The notes: generated from the sequence alone by a model not told the origin. A DNA stretch of 64,000 nt from Candidatus Omnitrophota bacterium (GCA_029261055.1 JAJDCA010000051.1:9082-73081), one strand, 5' to 3'. Positions 25,201-33,871 are shown, counted from the stretch's first letter. Made by a program: numbers and translations.

Positions 25201-28200
25201 TCTCTGCAAGAAATTTTTCTGAAGAAATTTTTATCTCAGGGGTTTCGGCCTGACTGGGCATGATGGACAAAAATTCCCTAAATTTCACCTCTTCATTTGC
25301 CCCCTCCGCATTTGTCTTTTTAACAGATGTGTGGGATGGTTGAAATTTAACCGTCTTCTTTTGATTCACAATCTCATACGAGGTATCGATTGTTTCATCG
25401 GCTTTAAGTTTAATCAACTCTGCAAAGAACAAAAAATCAACCTGTTCTTCCTGAGTTAATTCTTCTGTCTGTTGTTTTTCCGCTAAGGCAAAAAACGGTT
25501 CGGCAAACTGCAAAGGAATCGCAATAAAACTATCGGCATCGATGATCGGTAAAGATATCGGATTGTAAAAATCATAAGTGGCTAATGAAAAACTCGTTAA
25601 CGTACCGATCGCTTCTTCGGTAAAGGGCACAGCCACTAAAGGAATATCTTTGTCCTCGCCATTACGCTTACGGGTAAACTTAAAGGTTTGTTTATCCATA
25701 ATACGCGCCCCCATTTTTTTAAGGCTAAACTCCCCGTTCCAGTCAAATAACATAGGGTCTAAATAAACAGCTTTTTGCGCAATTTGGGCATACATCTTTT
25801 GATGCGGCAGAAAAACATACGCCCCCTTTGACTTTATGCCAGCGACCGTTCCGGCGATTTGTTGACGGATGGCCAGTTTAATATCTCGAACAACGGCCTG
25901 ACTCTTCTTATTATCTCCGGCCAGATTATCCAGCCCGGCCGCAATGGTGTTCACATATTTTAACTTTTCTATATCGCTTAACCCCAACTGCTCATTGTTT
26001 AAAATCCCTTCCACCATATGCTCAACGGCCACCTGCATGGGCCACCGGCCGTCATTAGAATAACGTCGTTTTGGAAAATGAATATTGCTCCGGGACGGGG
26101 CAATATCCACAAATCCGTTAAACTCAAGCATCAAAGTCTCCTGGACAAGAGCCTCGGGATTAATATCATCATTATTCATATCTTTCTCAAGGGGGATCGT
26201 TCGCAATACCTCTTCATTTCGCACAAAGGCAACCTTCGCTTTGTTTTCACGGGCATCAGAAATAACCATAACATGTTTAAGAGCCGCTTTAATATCAGAT
26301 TCCTTGACAACTTTAGCTGTTTTATCTCCTTCTCCAGGCACAAACATACGTGATAACTTCACACCATTCATTCCTTTCCCATTATCAATAATTTTAATGG
26401 TGTTCTTTGAGACCAATAATTTAATATCCTTACCTTTTCTGTCCTCTTCCGTAGGGAGAGGTTCCCCTTCAGGAACAAGAATTGTGCGATATTCCCATCC
26501 ATTAACCCGTTTTTCTTCACCCCCTTTTTGTGTGACAATACGCTGCTTCTTGTTATAAGCAAATCTTTCGCGTGCATTATCAATTAATTCACTTTGTGTA
26601 ATTTTGCTTTCTTCATATTCATCCATCTCTTCCGGGATATTACGGCCGGTTTGAATTTCAACAATGGTGCCGTGTTCTAATTCTTGCCCCTCAGCCGCCT
26701 CCCAAAATTGCTCGTGGGTTATTACTTTAATTTGAATGTACACCTGGCCGACGGAGTCTTTGAGCATAGTCAACTGATAAGCCGTATCACCCCCCTCGGC
26801 CAAGGTATACACATCAATACGTCCTTTTATTCCCGTCTCAAGCCAATCCGCGATTTGTTTAATTCCGCGCCCGAATTTTCCAATATCCCCACCCCAAGCA
26901 TCTATACTATTGGCGATAGCTTCCATAATGCCCTGCCCTTTTGGATCCCCGCTCTGAGAATCAACCTCATCCGTAAGGTTTGGTTTGGTATAATGCCCAT
27001 TCAGAATCCAGCCGATACTCTCTTCGGTATATCCATCTTTTACTAATTGCTGCACAATGGCATCATAATAAAATTCTTTTAAGCTCAAGTTAAAATCTTT
27101 TTCTTCTTTTAAAATACCCAAATTACTCAGCAACGATTTTAATTCCAATTCATCCAGCTGATCATCAGCCAGACGCCTTTGAGCCGCGGCAAAATGCTCC
27201 CAATCTATCCCTTTAAAATTTTCTTCCGGTAAGGCATATTCTGTTGCCTGAATTCGATTTTTTATTTTATCCAGTTTTTCCTGATCACCCTGACGGGTAA
27301 TCATGGCGGCATCGGAAAACTTTTCCGGTGGTAAGACTGATACTTTGGCGGATTCATAATCCTTTTGCCCGGTATTTTTAACTTGAGCTTGTATGTTAAC
27401 AAACATAGCCCCATCATCATAAATTCCCTGGATAACATGGAATGGCATCTTCTGTGCCACCAGTAAAATATCTTCCACTTCCTCTCCCATATCCATCCCG
27501 CCAGAAAAATACTTCCGTGGAACAATTGTTTCTGTAACAAAATCATAATCTTCTTTGATGTAGTCATAAACACCTACTTTAAAGGCCTCGAGGTATTGAT
27601 CATAAATTTTCTGTTTGGCCTGTTTGTCTTCAATGTCCACGCCGTCAACTTTGTTCTGGCCGATGTATATTGAGGACAAGGCATGCCTTGTCCCTACAGA
27701 ATTTTTCAATTTTCGTTTGAACCATGTGGCGAGGATCAAGGAATGATAAATCTGGCGGAGCTGGGCGAAATTGGCGCCCTCGTTGACTTCGCGTTCAATT
27801 TCGGGAATGAGGATTTCGCGGATGATGGATGTCGTAGGGGCAACCCTTGTGGTTGCCCTTTCTTTTTTGGCGGGTACAAAGCCCGCCCCTACGTTATGCC
27901 CCATCGCAACATAATCCGCCTCCAACATCACCTTCAACCGCGACTCCACCACAAACGCTGTATTGGTTTCCACATTCTCATACACCACAGCCTCAGACGG
28001 CACAATCCACACCTTGTTAAAGGTATCCACCGGAACATCCATGACGCCATATTCTTCATACGCCCGCTCATGCACCCGATCCCAAAACTCTGCCCCCAAC
28101 TCATCCCCCGGATACATCAATGAGGCAGTAATTTGTTTGAGCAAATAATCTTGGGCCAAAAGATCTCGGCCCATTTCCGTTACTCCAAACTTCTCAGGAA

Positions 28201-28582
28201 TAATACGGTCACTTTCGTACGGACTAAGGTTCACCCACAAATCCTTTTCCGGCACCGTCAGTGAGGCTAAAAAATATTTAATAAGCTTCGAACTCTCCAC
28301 TCTTAAATCTTCACCCTCAGCCTGCCCCTCCCCAGTGTCCACAATAAAATCAAACCGAAACGGTTCCTCCGGAAAAACCTTCAATCCCTTAATCAACACC
28401 GGTGCATACGGCTTACTCAACGATACCATTGCCCCCACTGCAGGAAGATTAACTACTGTTTGCGACTGTGCATTAGCAACTTGTGTCGGATGAATCACAC
28501 TCATCGTAAAAACCGTGATTACCGTAACAGCCACAAAACGAAAAAATAAAGAAAATCGTGTGTTTGTAAAATTAATATTCAT
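19265..28582 (-). CDS. Giant secreted multidomain protein (3105 aa): conserved N-terminal module, two GHKL-like ATPase motif sets, two HExxH zincin-like motifs, putative beta-propeller region
   Basis: Uninterrupted 9.3-kb ORF with a signal peptide (cleavage site ..VANA|QS). N-terminal roughly 370 aa are about 60% identical to the N-terminus of the 51381..54800 protein. Bergerat-fold motifs: EAIANSIDA ... IIDNGKGM, and QNSSDAKA ... ITDDGKGP ... GYFGKGKF. HExxH motifs: LVHELAHFMQ and VIHEQWHS. Confidence 0.8.
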   Translation of the reverse strand: MNINFTNTRFSLFFRFVAVTVITVFTMSVIHPTQVANAQSQTVVNLPAVGAMVSLSKPYAPVLIKGLKVFPEEPFRFDFIVDTGEGQAEGEDLRVESSKLIKYFLASLTVPEKDLWVNLSPYESDRIIPEKFGVTEMGRDLLAQDYLLKQITASLMYPGDELGAEFWDRVHERAYEEYGVMDVPVDTFNKVWIVPSEAVVYENVETNTAFVVESRLKVMLEADYVAMGHNVGAGFVPAKKERATTRVAPTTSIIREILIPEIEREVNEGANFAQLRQIYHSLILATWFKRKLKNSVGTRHALSSIYIGQNKVDGVDIEDKQAKQKIYDQYLEAFKVGVYDYIKEDYDFVTETIVPRKYFSGGMDMGEEVEDILLVAQKMPFHVIQGIYDDGAMFVNIQAQVKNTGQKDYESAKVSVLPPEKFSDAAMITRQGDQEKLDKIKNRIQATEYALPEENFKGIDWEHFAAAQRRLADDQLDELELKSLLSNLGILKEEKDFNLSLKEFYYDAIVQQLVKDGYTEESIGWILNGHYTKPNLTDEVDSQSGDPKGQGIMEAIANSIDAWGGDIGKFGRGIKQIADWLETGIKGRIDVYTLAEGGDTAYQLTMLKDSVGQVYIQIKVITHEQFWEAAEGQELEHGTIVEIQTGRNIPEEMDEYEESKITQSELIDNARERFAYNKKQRIVTQKGGEEKRVNGWEYRTILVPEGEPLPTEEDRKGKDIKLLVSKNTIKIIDNGKGMNGVKLSRMFVPGEGDKTAKVVKESDIKAALKHVMVISDARENKAKVAFVRNEEVLRTIPLEKDMNNDDINPEALVQETLMLEFNGFVDIAPSRSNIHFPKRRYSNDGRWPMQVAVEHMVEGILNNEQLGLSDIEKLKYVNTIAAGLDNLAGDNKKSQAVVRDIKLAIRQQIAGTVAGIKSKGAYVFLPHQKMYAQIAQKAVYLDPMLFDWNGEFSLKKMGARIMDKQTFKFTRKRNGEDKDIPLVAVPFTEEAIGTLTSFSLATYDFYNPISLPIIDADSFIAIPLQFAEPFFALAEKQQTEELTQEEQVDFLFFAELIKLKADETIDTSYEIVNQKKTVKFQPSHTSVKKTNAEGANEEVKFREFLSIMPSQAETPEIKISSEKFLAEKNLEKGYIFIKNNGDTQQLINENGKGIADIKKGAEILQVDENMFLIFKVQEAGSDITRKFLLAASTYSKGKLLSRTWDNSAEGFFLIEYNQRQVLLKSKSTGAYMILPLKENYFNTSDNFILNDLKMANLSPSGRYVIILNSRNDLFVLDPLYQDIQILKIQIAADVRSFYIDPKADVVVYEDVSGKHLYRLEKKRRIDNIDYFFSDQDGEIFIYLSKSEGLVFQSPYGSVANSKQIHMTSNEKETFSLTFKGENHGYFGVVLKGEKHDNSNGWLESFDNLHELNEIIKKYNLPKYWTTYGKDSVGISRITENGMEAVDPDQFQSYENLPNQSDTQLIRLEDQLLVYDKNLEIISASNFDVPLTHKTGMRLESSRDNKVVYAVLPGGEIVDYFYKTGDAIMAGREGVIFITEDRTFILEQYAQGNYRIVNDQGNHVEIVMEGYLNYELVGVSGSVFVFYNSEEGQVKIFDPKAFMESPLSKGTSEQQDIMNQAKDLWEKEVLSRQEQWVQQAEEAYKPFLDLVPEDLRNDLNGEIRALFRKQDEAVTEKYDKAFDLLFQEGSPDWNRLFQRLPLDTFAERMEFIIKALKKDQEKIMKLVNGVSSLLDLNEIWVAFYEKLFSLASNQDVDIQANNIDIKFMEALLFGWNIEIDEHLEAMPLIYKLVKEMKDSTDVVTIRKMVRFLSRISQDKNGLDVMTRQLKQILNHENKDVRQNYLDQWASSFESVEYIDILREFKYPGADQDLNLGEAKKFIVFFTSDVPLVHTRRKIDPVAEEDIVMTKGGVPVEKIAAWNQDKKRSAEEESDLYTIEEMMAAIEQIMAQPDNEKSSQSIADLMKAQEAGRHAAEAAQNSSDAKAVNLVVEHYEDEETGDFVEEITDDGKGPPIGKILAMLIPKSNKEKGGQMGDVSGYFGKGKFALYAGIDRLEIIAKNDGEAYMFTIDVDPSGQQIRLVRVRKLARQGLKNGVMIRRIKKKGNGIAALDQMLSESSWKLFAGMAQREGFTISFVRYKDGKRTLVPLEVRGKKVLAETDFITKSLDTGATTNFGKFRIYMTNDPDVKSQIIDRDGIRVSDIKVKEEFLEFIPEFLRGYFDELGLIIQIPLPLMETRDTFRHEKDYLSKIQKYVAVEFYKALAHKALTDEIFRLKRFDSEWETGRNPSYWKGLTQKESPHLKINQERNTHLFDVVKNINKGQIDVIALSDLKKIGKAFDGKIGVRQQKEQWQESFILFMVQLDVDTENGKRDSLLKRRIKTQMSVNPKEALRVAAEHGIDENELDYISDPYFKERKEKAEKSVEAAKYDAEDYVISPEYFNEQQVSFFEWVKNTVGLIGFTNVKLLNEDFPVSGRFELKRGKVTIYFRTDSVSSFETVNPQSRDLHPLTNTLVHELAHFMQVLKRSSNRENLILNFSNDSTIGHQSRGEFGNFMKLLAAILLAKRFRNDVQGVSFKSKKRGHKGYSVESGLDRAMMIGVGNDSDFEDFSGEEIIRNMDRYIKEWSPEKLQKEKNVLNILIELDTSRDEINNQKEKVRIIHGNFKKVKKAMLLRKEFSFANSFQSRVKVLRKYNKIKLSSQQKKIFKIVKENMPDFDENLVFMIKPGSLLDDIFEFHDSDSIGEFIEIIGGKERQGISLISSIETPLDFLAAVIHEQWHSKDYLSLTGLLGNYLGEGFATYLQEKTLKEVFRKNPEAFEFLSPKYDRELSEEEIENKIISPLLHYGNELRVVKKIINKYGEDFMMALYETGDLTLLKDRMGKRYDFLENIVNQKIGDKNFFSTSLFEKERSRFMKRVLDDMGENEASVENFKRIFGIFQILIKKSIVVFNLKKFSNKEILVDIVNKFLLKVFSENLIEKYELKVMQGGINDEEVKGLLMEEIKQMVEEVLHDKSLLGQDNNLGGIDFNPGNFDLQTNGDKIDFDFPNILVPCFSDENPDCSESELENLNFNINGLTPVIIQMTPVHNLPLLLGVSEEDVAKELSRI

Positions 28583-28807
28583 ACATAATAAGTATAAAAC
28601 ATATTAATACTACAAACTACCTGATCAGCTAACTATTTCACCTATTTTTACCTTTTAAAAAGAATGTAAGTCAAGTAATATCAATAATTTAGTAGGATTT
28701 TAAGAAAACGATTGCTTTCGATGGGAATTTCTTCACAGGAGCAGCTTCTTACATAAAAATACGACAGACTCTTTTTTTGAAATCCAAAAAAATTCCTGTC
28801 GTATTTC

Positions 28808-29743
28808 TTAATATTCTGTTAAATAACGCTCAGCTTGGAGGGCGGCCATGCAGCCGGAGCCGGCGGCGGTCACGGCTTGACGGTAATGTTTATCTTGCAC
28901 ATCACCACAGGCAAAAACACCTGCAACGCTTGTACAAGGGGTGCCGGGGGTAGTTTGAATGTAACCAGTTTCGTCTAATACTAACTGGCCTTTAAGAAAG
29001 GATGTATTCGGTTGATGGCCGATAGCATAAAATAGCCCGCTGGCCTCAACAATGGATTCTTCTCCGGTCTTCGCATGGCGAACTTTAATACTGGAAAGAG
29101 CCTTTTCGCCTAAAACTTCAACGGCACCGGTATGCCATTTAATTTCAATTTTCTCATTACTAAGCGCCCGCTCTTGCATCACTTTGGAAGCACGTAAAAC
29201 ATCGCGGCGCACCAGCATAATGACTTTACTGGCAAATTTGGTTAAATATGTAGCCTCTTCTACGGCTGAATCACCACCACCTATGACCACTAAAATTTTA
29301 TTACGAAATATCGGCAACCCCCCATCACATACTGCACAGGCAGAAATTCCTTTTTGCCATAGACGGTCTTCGCCTTCAATGTGCATCCGTTTAGCCGTCG
29401 CACCGGTAGCAACAATAATAGTTTTTGCTTCAACAACCTTGCTCCCGACCGTGACTTTAAACACGCGTGAACTAAGATCAACCTTATCCACCGTGACCGT
29501 TTCAATACGTGTTCCGCATTTTAATGATTGCTCTCGCATCTTGGCCATTAAATCCGGCCCTGAAATACCTTCAGGAAACCCGGGAAAATTCTCGACGTCC
29601 GTAGTCGTGGTCAGCTGACCACCCGCCGCAATACCGGCAGCCATCATACCTTCAAACATCAAAGGTTTAAGTTTTGCTCGTCCTGCATAAATCGCTGCCG
29701 TATGGGCTGCAGGCCCTGATCCAATAATAATAACATTTTCCAT
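28808..29743 (-). CDS. trxB: Thioredoxin reductase
   Basis: CAVCDG redox-active disulfide plus GSGPAA and GGGDSA dinucleotide-binding motifs. Confidence 0.9.
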   Translation of the reverse strand: MENVIIIGSGPAAHTAAIYAGRAKLKPLMFEGMMAAGIAAGGQLTTTTDVENFPGFPEGISGPDLMAKMREQSLKCGTRIETVTVDKVDLSSRVFKVTVGSKVVEAKTIIVATGATAKRMHIEGEDRLWQKGISACAVCDGGLPIFRNKILVVIGGGDSAVEEATYLTKFASKVIMLVRRDVLRASKVMQERALSNEKIEIKWHTGAVEVLGEKALSSIKVRHAKTGEESIVEASGLFYAIGHQPNTSFLKGQLVLDETGYIQTTPGTPCTSVAGVFACGDVQDKHYRQAVTAAGSGCMAALQAERYLTEY

Positions 29744-29767
29744 TTATATAAATCCTTTAATATTAAA

Positions 29768-29876
29768 TTAGGCCACCTTCGGTGGCGATTTTGGCTTTTA
29801 GTCATCAGTCGTCAGACATCAGTAAAAATACTGAAATCTGATAGCTGACGTCTGATAGCTAACATTGAATTTCCTT
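29768..29876. repeat. Intergenic hairpin repeat element, copy B
   Basis: CCACCTTCGGTGG stem-loop followed by TAGTCATCAGTCGTCAGACATCAGTAAAAATACTGAAATCTGATAGCTGACGTCTGATAGCTAACATT. About 85% identical to copy A at 5262..5357 and in the same relative position (downstream of one minus-strand gene, upstream of the next). Confidence 0.6.
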
Positions 29877-29880
29877 AACA

Positions 29881-30777
29881 TTAAATTTCAAACTTGTCTA
29901 GAATAGTTGATCGATCTTGCGGTTTGGCATTCTTAAGTTGCGCCTGGAGAATTTCATCATAACGTGGTTTATCAGGATTACGATAAAACAGACCGAAATA
30001 AAATCGATCGCTGTGTGCATACTTAAAGGCCTGGTCTCTATCACTAGGATCGTGAACAATAACTTCAGATTTGTCCTTCAAGCGTTTATCGGCAGGAACA
30101 CCTTTTTCATGTGTTAAAAATGAAAACCACTCAGCAGATTTTGTATCAAAATTACCCGGATAAAAATGCGGGCAACGTTGCGTCACATGAACAAATGAAA
30201 ATCCTTTATGCGCATAGGCCGCTTTTAATGTTTGAGTCAAATGGTCGGGCATCCAATCTGCGGTGCTGGCTGCAAACGAAGCCCCTATTCCTAAAGCAAA
30301 TGCCATGGGAATAATGGGATCAAGATACGTCCCTGTAGGCTGTGTATTCGTTTTATGCCCTTTTTTTGTTGTCGGGGATGTTTGGTTCTTCGTCAAGGCA
30401 TAAAGTTCATTGTCATACATCACAAATACACAATTAAAATTTTTATTAATGCCGTGTAATAAATGATTACCGCCAATACTCAAAGCATCGCCGTCACCGG
30501 AATGAATAAAAAGATTGAGTTCCGGCCTGGCTAAAGCCACTCCTAAAGCAACAGGAATCGCCCGCCCATGAATAGCATGCACTCCATACGTATTAAAATA
30601 AAATGACGCGCGCCCAGAACATCCTATGCCTGAAATATTAACCGTCTCATGTGGCGGCAACTGCTCGTCTACCAAAAAACGTTTTACTCCAGCAATAATA
30701 CCAAAATCACCACACCCTGGACACCAACGCGGATTTTCGGTTTGTAAATCTTTCATTGTTATGGGTTGATCTGACAT
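29881..30777 (-). CDS. korB: 2-oxoacid:ferredoxin oxidoreductase beta subunit (TPP-binding)
   Basis: N-terminal CPGCGDFG motif and TPP-binding GDG...N block typical of OFOR beta subunits. Confidence 0.8.
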   Translation of the reverse strand: MSDQPITMKDLQTENPRWCPGCGDFGIIAGVKRFLVDEQLPPHETVNISGIGCSGRASFYFNTYGVHAIHGRAIPVALGVALARPELNLFIHSGDGDALSIGGNHLLHGINKNFNCVFVMYDNELYALTKNQTSPTTKKGHKTNTQPTGTYLDPIIPMAFALGIGASFAASTADWMPDHLTQTLKAAYAHKGFSFVHVTQRCPHFYPGNFDTKSAEWFSFLTHEKGVPADKRLKDKSEVIVHDPSDRDQAFKYAHSDRFYFGLFYRNPDKPRYDEILQAQLKNAKPQDRSTILDKFEI

Positions 30778-30780
30778 AAA

Positions 30781-32607
30781 TTAACTCTTCATTTCTTTCA
30801 AAGTTTTCTTAATATTTGTTTCAATCGTCATCGGTGAAATCGGCCGACCCGTAGCACGAGATACCATAGGATTAATATCTACCAACGTCTTTGAACGGAG
30901 AAACATCGCTAGTGGCGTGCGCTTTAGTTCATCCCCATAAGCCATTTCAACCGTAACGACTTTTTTAAATTTAGAGAAAATTTCTTTTAACATCAAGGGT
31001 AACGGATAAACAATACGAAAACACATTCCTCCGACGGACAGTCCTTGATCTTGACAAGAATGCACTGCTTCAGTAATCGGCCCACGTGTGGGTCCCCAAC
31101 CAACGACTAAAAGATCGCCTTCTTTAACTGTACCGAATAACTCCGGCTGCTTTAATGCCCGCTGAACATGATGTACTTTTTCATTACGTACCGCATGTGA
31201 ACGTTGATTAGTCCCGGCAAAATAATTCACCTTCCCTTCGTTATCCGTGTTTAACCCTGTCACGCGTCGCATCTTCCCCGGAGTTCCAGGATCAGATTGC
31301 TCCGTCCGCACCATTTCGATATCATCAGGCAACCGATCAATCCAAAAATGTTCTAAAATAAAATCTTTAATATCCTCACCTTTTTCCATAACATTCACTT
31401 TGGGTTTATCCAAAATTTTATAACTATTAGCCATTTGAAAATCACTCATGATAAATACCGGAAGGCGTAATTTTTCTGTTAAATAACGCGCTAACTGCGG
31501 GGCATAAAAACAATCAACTACATTACCGACGCTGATAACAATTTTTGTATGATCTCCATGGCTGCCAAAAATTACAGCCGGCATGTCTGACTGCTCTGTT
31601 TTTGTAGGCATGCCTGTTGAAGGTCCTGAACGCTGAACATCAATAACAATTAAAGGAATTTCTGCCACCGTGGCATAGCCAATAAACTCTTGTTTCAACG
31701 AGAGCCCAGGACCTGAAGTTGCCGTTATGGCCGGAACACCTCCATAATAAGCGCCAATGGCTGTCCCAATGGCTGAAATTTCATCTTCAGCTTGGTGAAC
31801 CAAACCACCATAAGAAGGCAAAATTTTAGCTAAATTATGCATAATGCTCGTCGCCGGTGTAATAGGATACCCACTAAAAATCTTGATGCCAGCATCAATA
31901 ATTCCCATAGCTAAAGCAGTATTACCATCAATAAGAATTTTCTTTGCTGTTCCGTTTGATGAGCTGGGAACCTCATAAGAAAATTGAAAACCCTCACTAA
32001 CATGCTGGTGACCATACCGAAATATTTCGATATTTTTTTCTAAAACATCTGCGCTAAGTTTCTTACCAAAAGCATCCTTAATTTCCTCAATCATGGTTTC
32101 CTCAGGCACATTGTAAATAGCACTGAGCATCCCCAGATAATACATATTCTTCCCTCTACCTTGCAAATCCTTAATAATTATTTTTGCTTCTTGAGCCACC
32201 TCAAAAGGATAAATACTCAAACCTAATTTGGTAACACGCTTGCAGACATTTTCATATGATTCTTCATTGGCTTTTTTATCACCCATATCGAGGAGGACGC
32301 GGCAATTCGGATTATGCTCATTATCATCAAGACGACGATCTAAAACAATTTCTTGGGAAGCTAAAATAATATCGGTATCATTACCGATATTTTTAAGATC
32401 AAAATCTGCTACACGAATAATCACTCCGGAAAGGGCTGGACGTGTTCTCGGGGGAGGGCTGATCTCGGCGGGAATCATAGGTTCTATGTAAACATAGCGA
32501 CCTGTATGGGCAAAGGCCTTAATTAAAATATCTCCAGCCTTTTGTGCACCAAAGCCGGCGTCCATTAAAAGCTCAAAACGCGCGACACTTATTTTTTCTA
32601 CAGACAT
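30781..32607 (-). CDS. korA: 2-oxoacid:ferredoxin oxidoreductase alpha subunit (fused alpha/gamma type)
   Basis: 608-aa protein with an N-terminal gamma-like domain and a pyruvate-flavodoxin/ferredoxin oxidoreductase alpha core. 3 nt upstream of korB. Confidence 0.8.
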   Translation of the reverse strand: MSVEKISVARFELLMDAGFGAQKAGDILIKAFAHTGRYVYIEPMIPAEISPPPRTRPALSGVIIRVADFDLKNIGNDTDIILASQEIVLDRRLDDNEHNPNCRVLLDMGDKKANEESYENVCKRVTKLGLSIYPFEVAQEAKIIIKDLQGRGKNMYYLGMLSAIYNVPEETMIEEIKDAFGKKLSADVLEKNIEIFRYGHQHVSEGFQFSYEVPSSSNGTAKKILIDGNTALAMGIIDAGIKIFSGYPITPATSIMHNLAKILPSYGGLVHQAEDEISAIGTAIGAYYGGVPAITATSGPGLSLKQEFIGYATVAEIPLIVIDVQRSGPSTGMPTKTEQSDMPAVIFGSHGDHTKIVISVGNVVDCFYAPQLARYLTEKLRLPVFIMSDFQMANSYKILDKPKVNVMEKGEDIKDFILEHFWIDRLPDDIEMVRTEQSDPGTPGKMRRVTGLNTDNEGKVNYFAGTNQRSHAVRNEKVHHVQRALKQPELFGTVKEGDLLVVGWGPTRGPITEAVHSCQDQGLSVGGMCFRIVYPLPLMLKEIFSKFKKVVTVEMAYGDELKRTPLAMFLRSKTLVDINPMVSRATGRPISPMTIETNIKKTLKEMKS

Positions 32608-32819
32608 GATAACCTCAAACAGAAAACTTTATTTTTAACTTTATAAATATCATGATATCAGGTTAAGAATGCTTGGCAATAAATAATCTAAAAATTATTT
32701 TTTTGCTAAATGAGAAAGTTTATGGTATTATTTCGTTCAAATAATTTTAGTAATGAAAGTTTTGGAGAGTCCGCCAGCATAGCTGGCGAGACTTCTCCGA
32801 AATTTTCTTTGCAAATTTC

Positions 32820-32909
32820 GGAGAGGTGGCAGAGTGGTTGAATGCAACTGACTGCTAATCAGTTGACCTGGCAACGGGTCCTCGGGTTCGAATCCCGGCC
32901 TCTCCGCCA
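32820..32909 (+). tRNA. tRNA-Ser (anticodon GCU), class II with long variable arm, CCA encoded
   Basis: Cloverleaf folded by hand: acceptor stem GGAGAGG/CCTCTCC, anticodon stem ACTGA/TCAGT with loop CTGCTAA, T-loop TTCGAAT, 3' GCCA. Confidence 0.85.
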
Positions 32910-32948
32910 CTTTTTGCTCCGCAAAAAGTGGCGAGATCTCGCCATTTT
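32908..32948. terminator. Tandem hairpins after tRNA-Ser(GCU), facing the crcB 3' end (bidirectional terminator region)
   Basis: First hairpin CCACTTTTT-GCTCCGC-AAAAAGTGG, then GGCGAGATCTCGCC followed by ATTTT. Confidence 0.5.
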
Positions 32949-32997
32949 AAAAAATAAAATGGCGGATCCACCAGGCTTCGCAGGAGCATTCCCCACT

Positions 32998-33372
32998 TCA
33001 AATCATCTTACCAAATAAAATACCGGCCCATACAACGATAAGCCCGATGACAATACTGCTGGTCACATTAATAATAGCCTTTAATATTTCTCCATCGTCA
33101 AGTAAATAAGCTGTCTCTAAAATGAATGTCGAAAAAGTTGTAAACGCGCCTAAAAAACCAATCATAAGAAAGACGCGCATATTAATATCTAACAACGCTT
33201 TCTCATCGGATAAAGTTGCAAGAAATCCTATCAAAAAGCAGCCCAGCATATTAATAACTAATGTTCCGTAAGGAAAATTTATACCCATCAGACGATGAAC
33301 AAAACCAGATAAAGCATATCGAGCTACAGCCCCTGCACCACCGCCAATAAGGAGAAGTAATAATTTATTCAA
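32998..33372 (-). CDS. crcB: Fluoride ion channel CrcB/Fluc
   Basis: 124-aa four-TM protein with the conserved CrcB N-terminal GGxxGAxxRY block. Confidence 0.85.
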   Translation of the reverse strand: MNKLLLLLIGGGAGAVARYALSGFVHRLMGINFPYGTLVINMLGCFLIGFLATLSDEKALLDINMRVFLMIGFLGAFTTFSTFILETAYLLDDGEILKAIINVTSSIVIGLIVVWAGILFGKMI

Positions 33373-33386
33373 AAGAATTTTCCTCT

Positions 33387-33869
33387 TTAATTTTCATGCC
33401 CAAAAGAATCACGTCCTTGCTTTCGTTTTTTTTGAAAAAATTCACTTATCATAAAACCACATTCATCGGCCAATAAACCTTTATGCACTTCAATTTTATG
33501 ATTTAAATGATTATGCTGAGCAATGTTTAACACAGTACCACAAGCCCCCGTTTTTGGATCTTCTGCACCAAAATAAATATTTTGAATACGAGAAAGGACA
33601 AGAGCCCCGGCACACATACTGCAGGGTTCAATAGTCACATAAAGTGAACATTCGTGAAGCCATTTACAAGACAATGTATTAGTCGCCTGCGTAATCGCAA
33701 TCATCTCGGCGTGGGCGGTAGGATCTTTGAGCATTTCAACCTGATTATGCGCTTTAGCAATCATTTGATTTTGATGTACAATGACCGCTCCAACAGGAAC
33801 CTCATCCTTATCCGTAGCTATCTTGGCCTGACGGATGGCTTCGCGCATAAAAATTTCATGTGTGTCCAT
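33387..33869 (-). CDS. tadA: tRNA-specific adenosine deaminase
   Basis: HAEMIAI ... PCSMCAGAL zinc-binding CDA motifs; typical TadA size. Confidence 0.85.
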   Translation of the reverse strand: MDTHEIFMREAIRQAKIATDKDEVPVGAVIVHQNQMIAKAHNQVEMLKDPTAHAEMIAITQATNTLSCKWLHECSLYVTIEPCSMCAGALVLSRIQNIYFGAEDPKTGACGTVLNIAQHNHLNHKIEVHKGLLADECGFMISEFFQKKRKQGRDSFGHEN

Positions 33870-33871
33870 AA

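Noticed and set aside
22607-28148. Multiple plus-strand ORFs inside the giant gene (for example 26085..26558, 27683..28123, 22607..22963)
   Set aside because: All are antisense to a continuous 9.3-kb minus-strand reading frame with a signal peptide and conserved domains. The antisense ORFs at 27683 and 53985 merely mirror the paralogous sense sequence.
33373-33386. Fluoride riboswitch upstream of crcB
   Set aside because: Only 14 nt separate crcB from tadA, and no GGCGATG..TTCGCC-type motif was seen. crcB appears to be co-transcribed with tadA.
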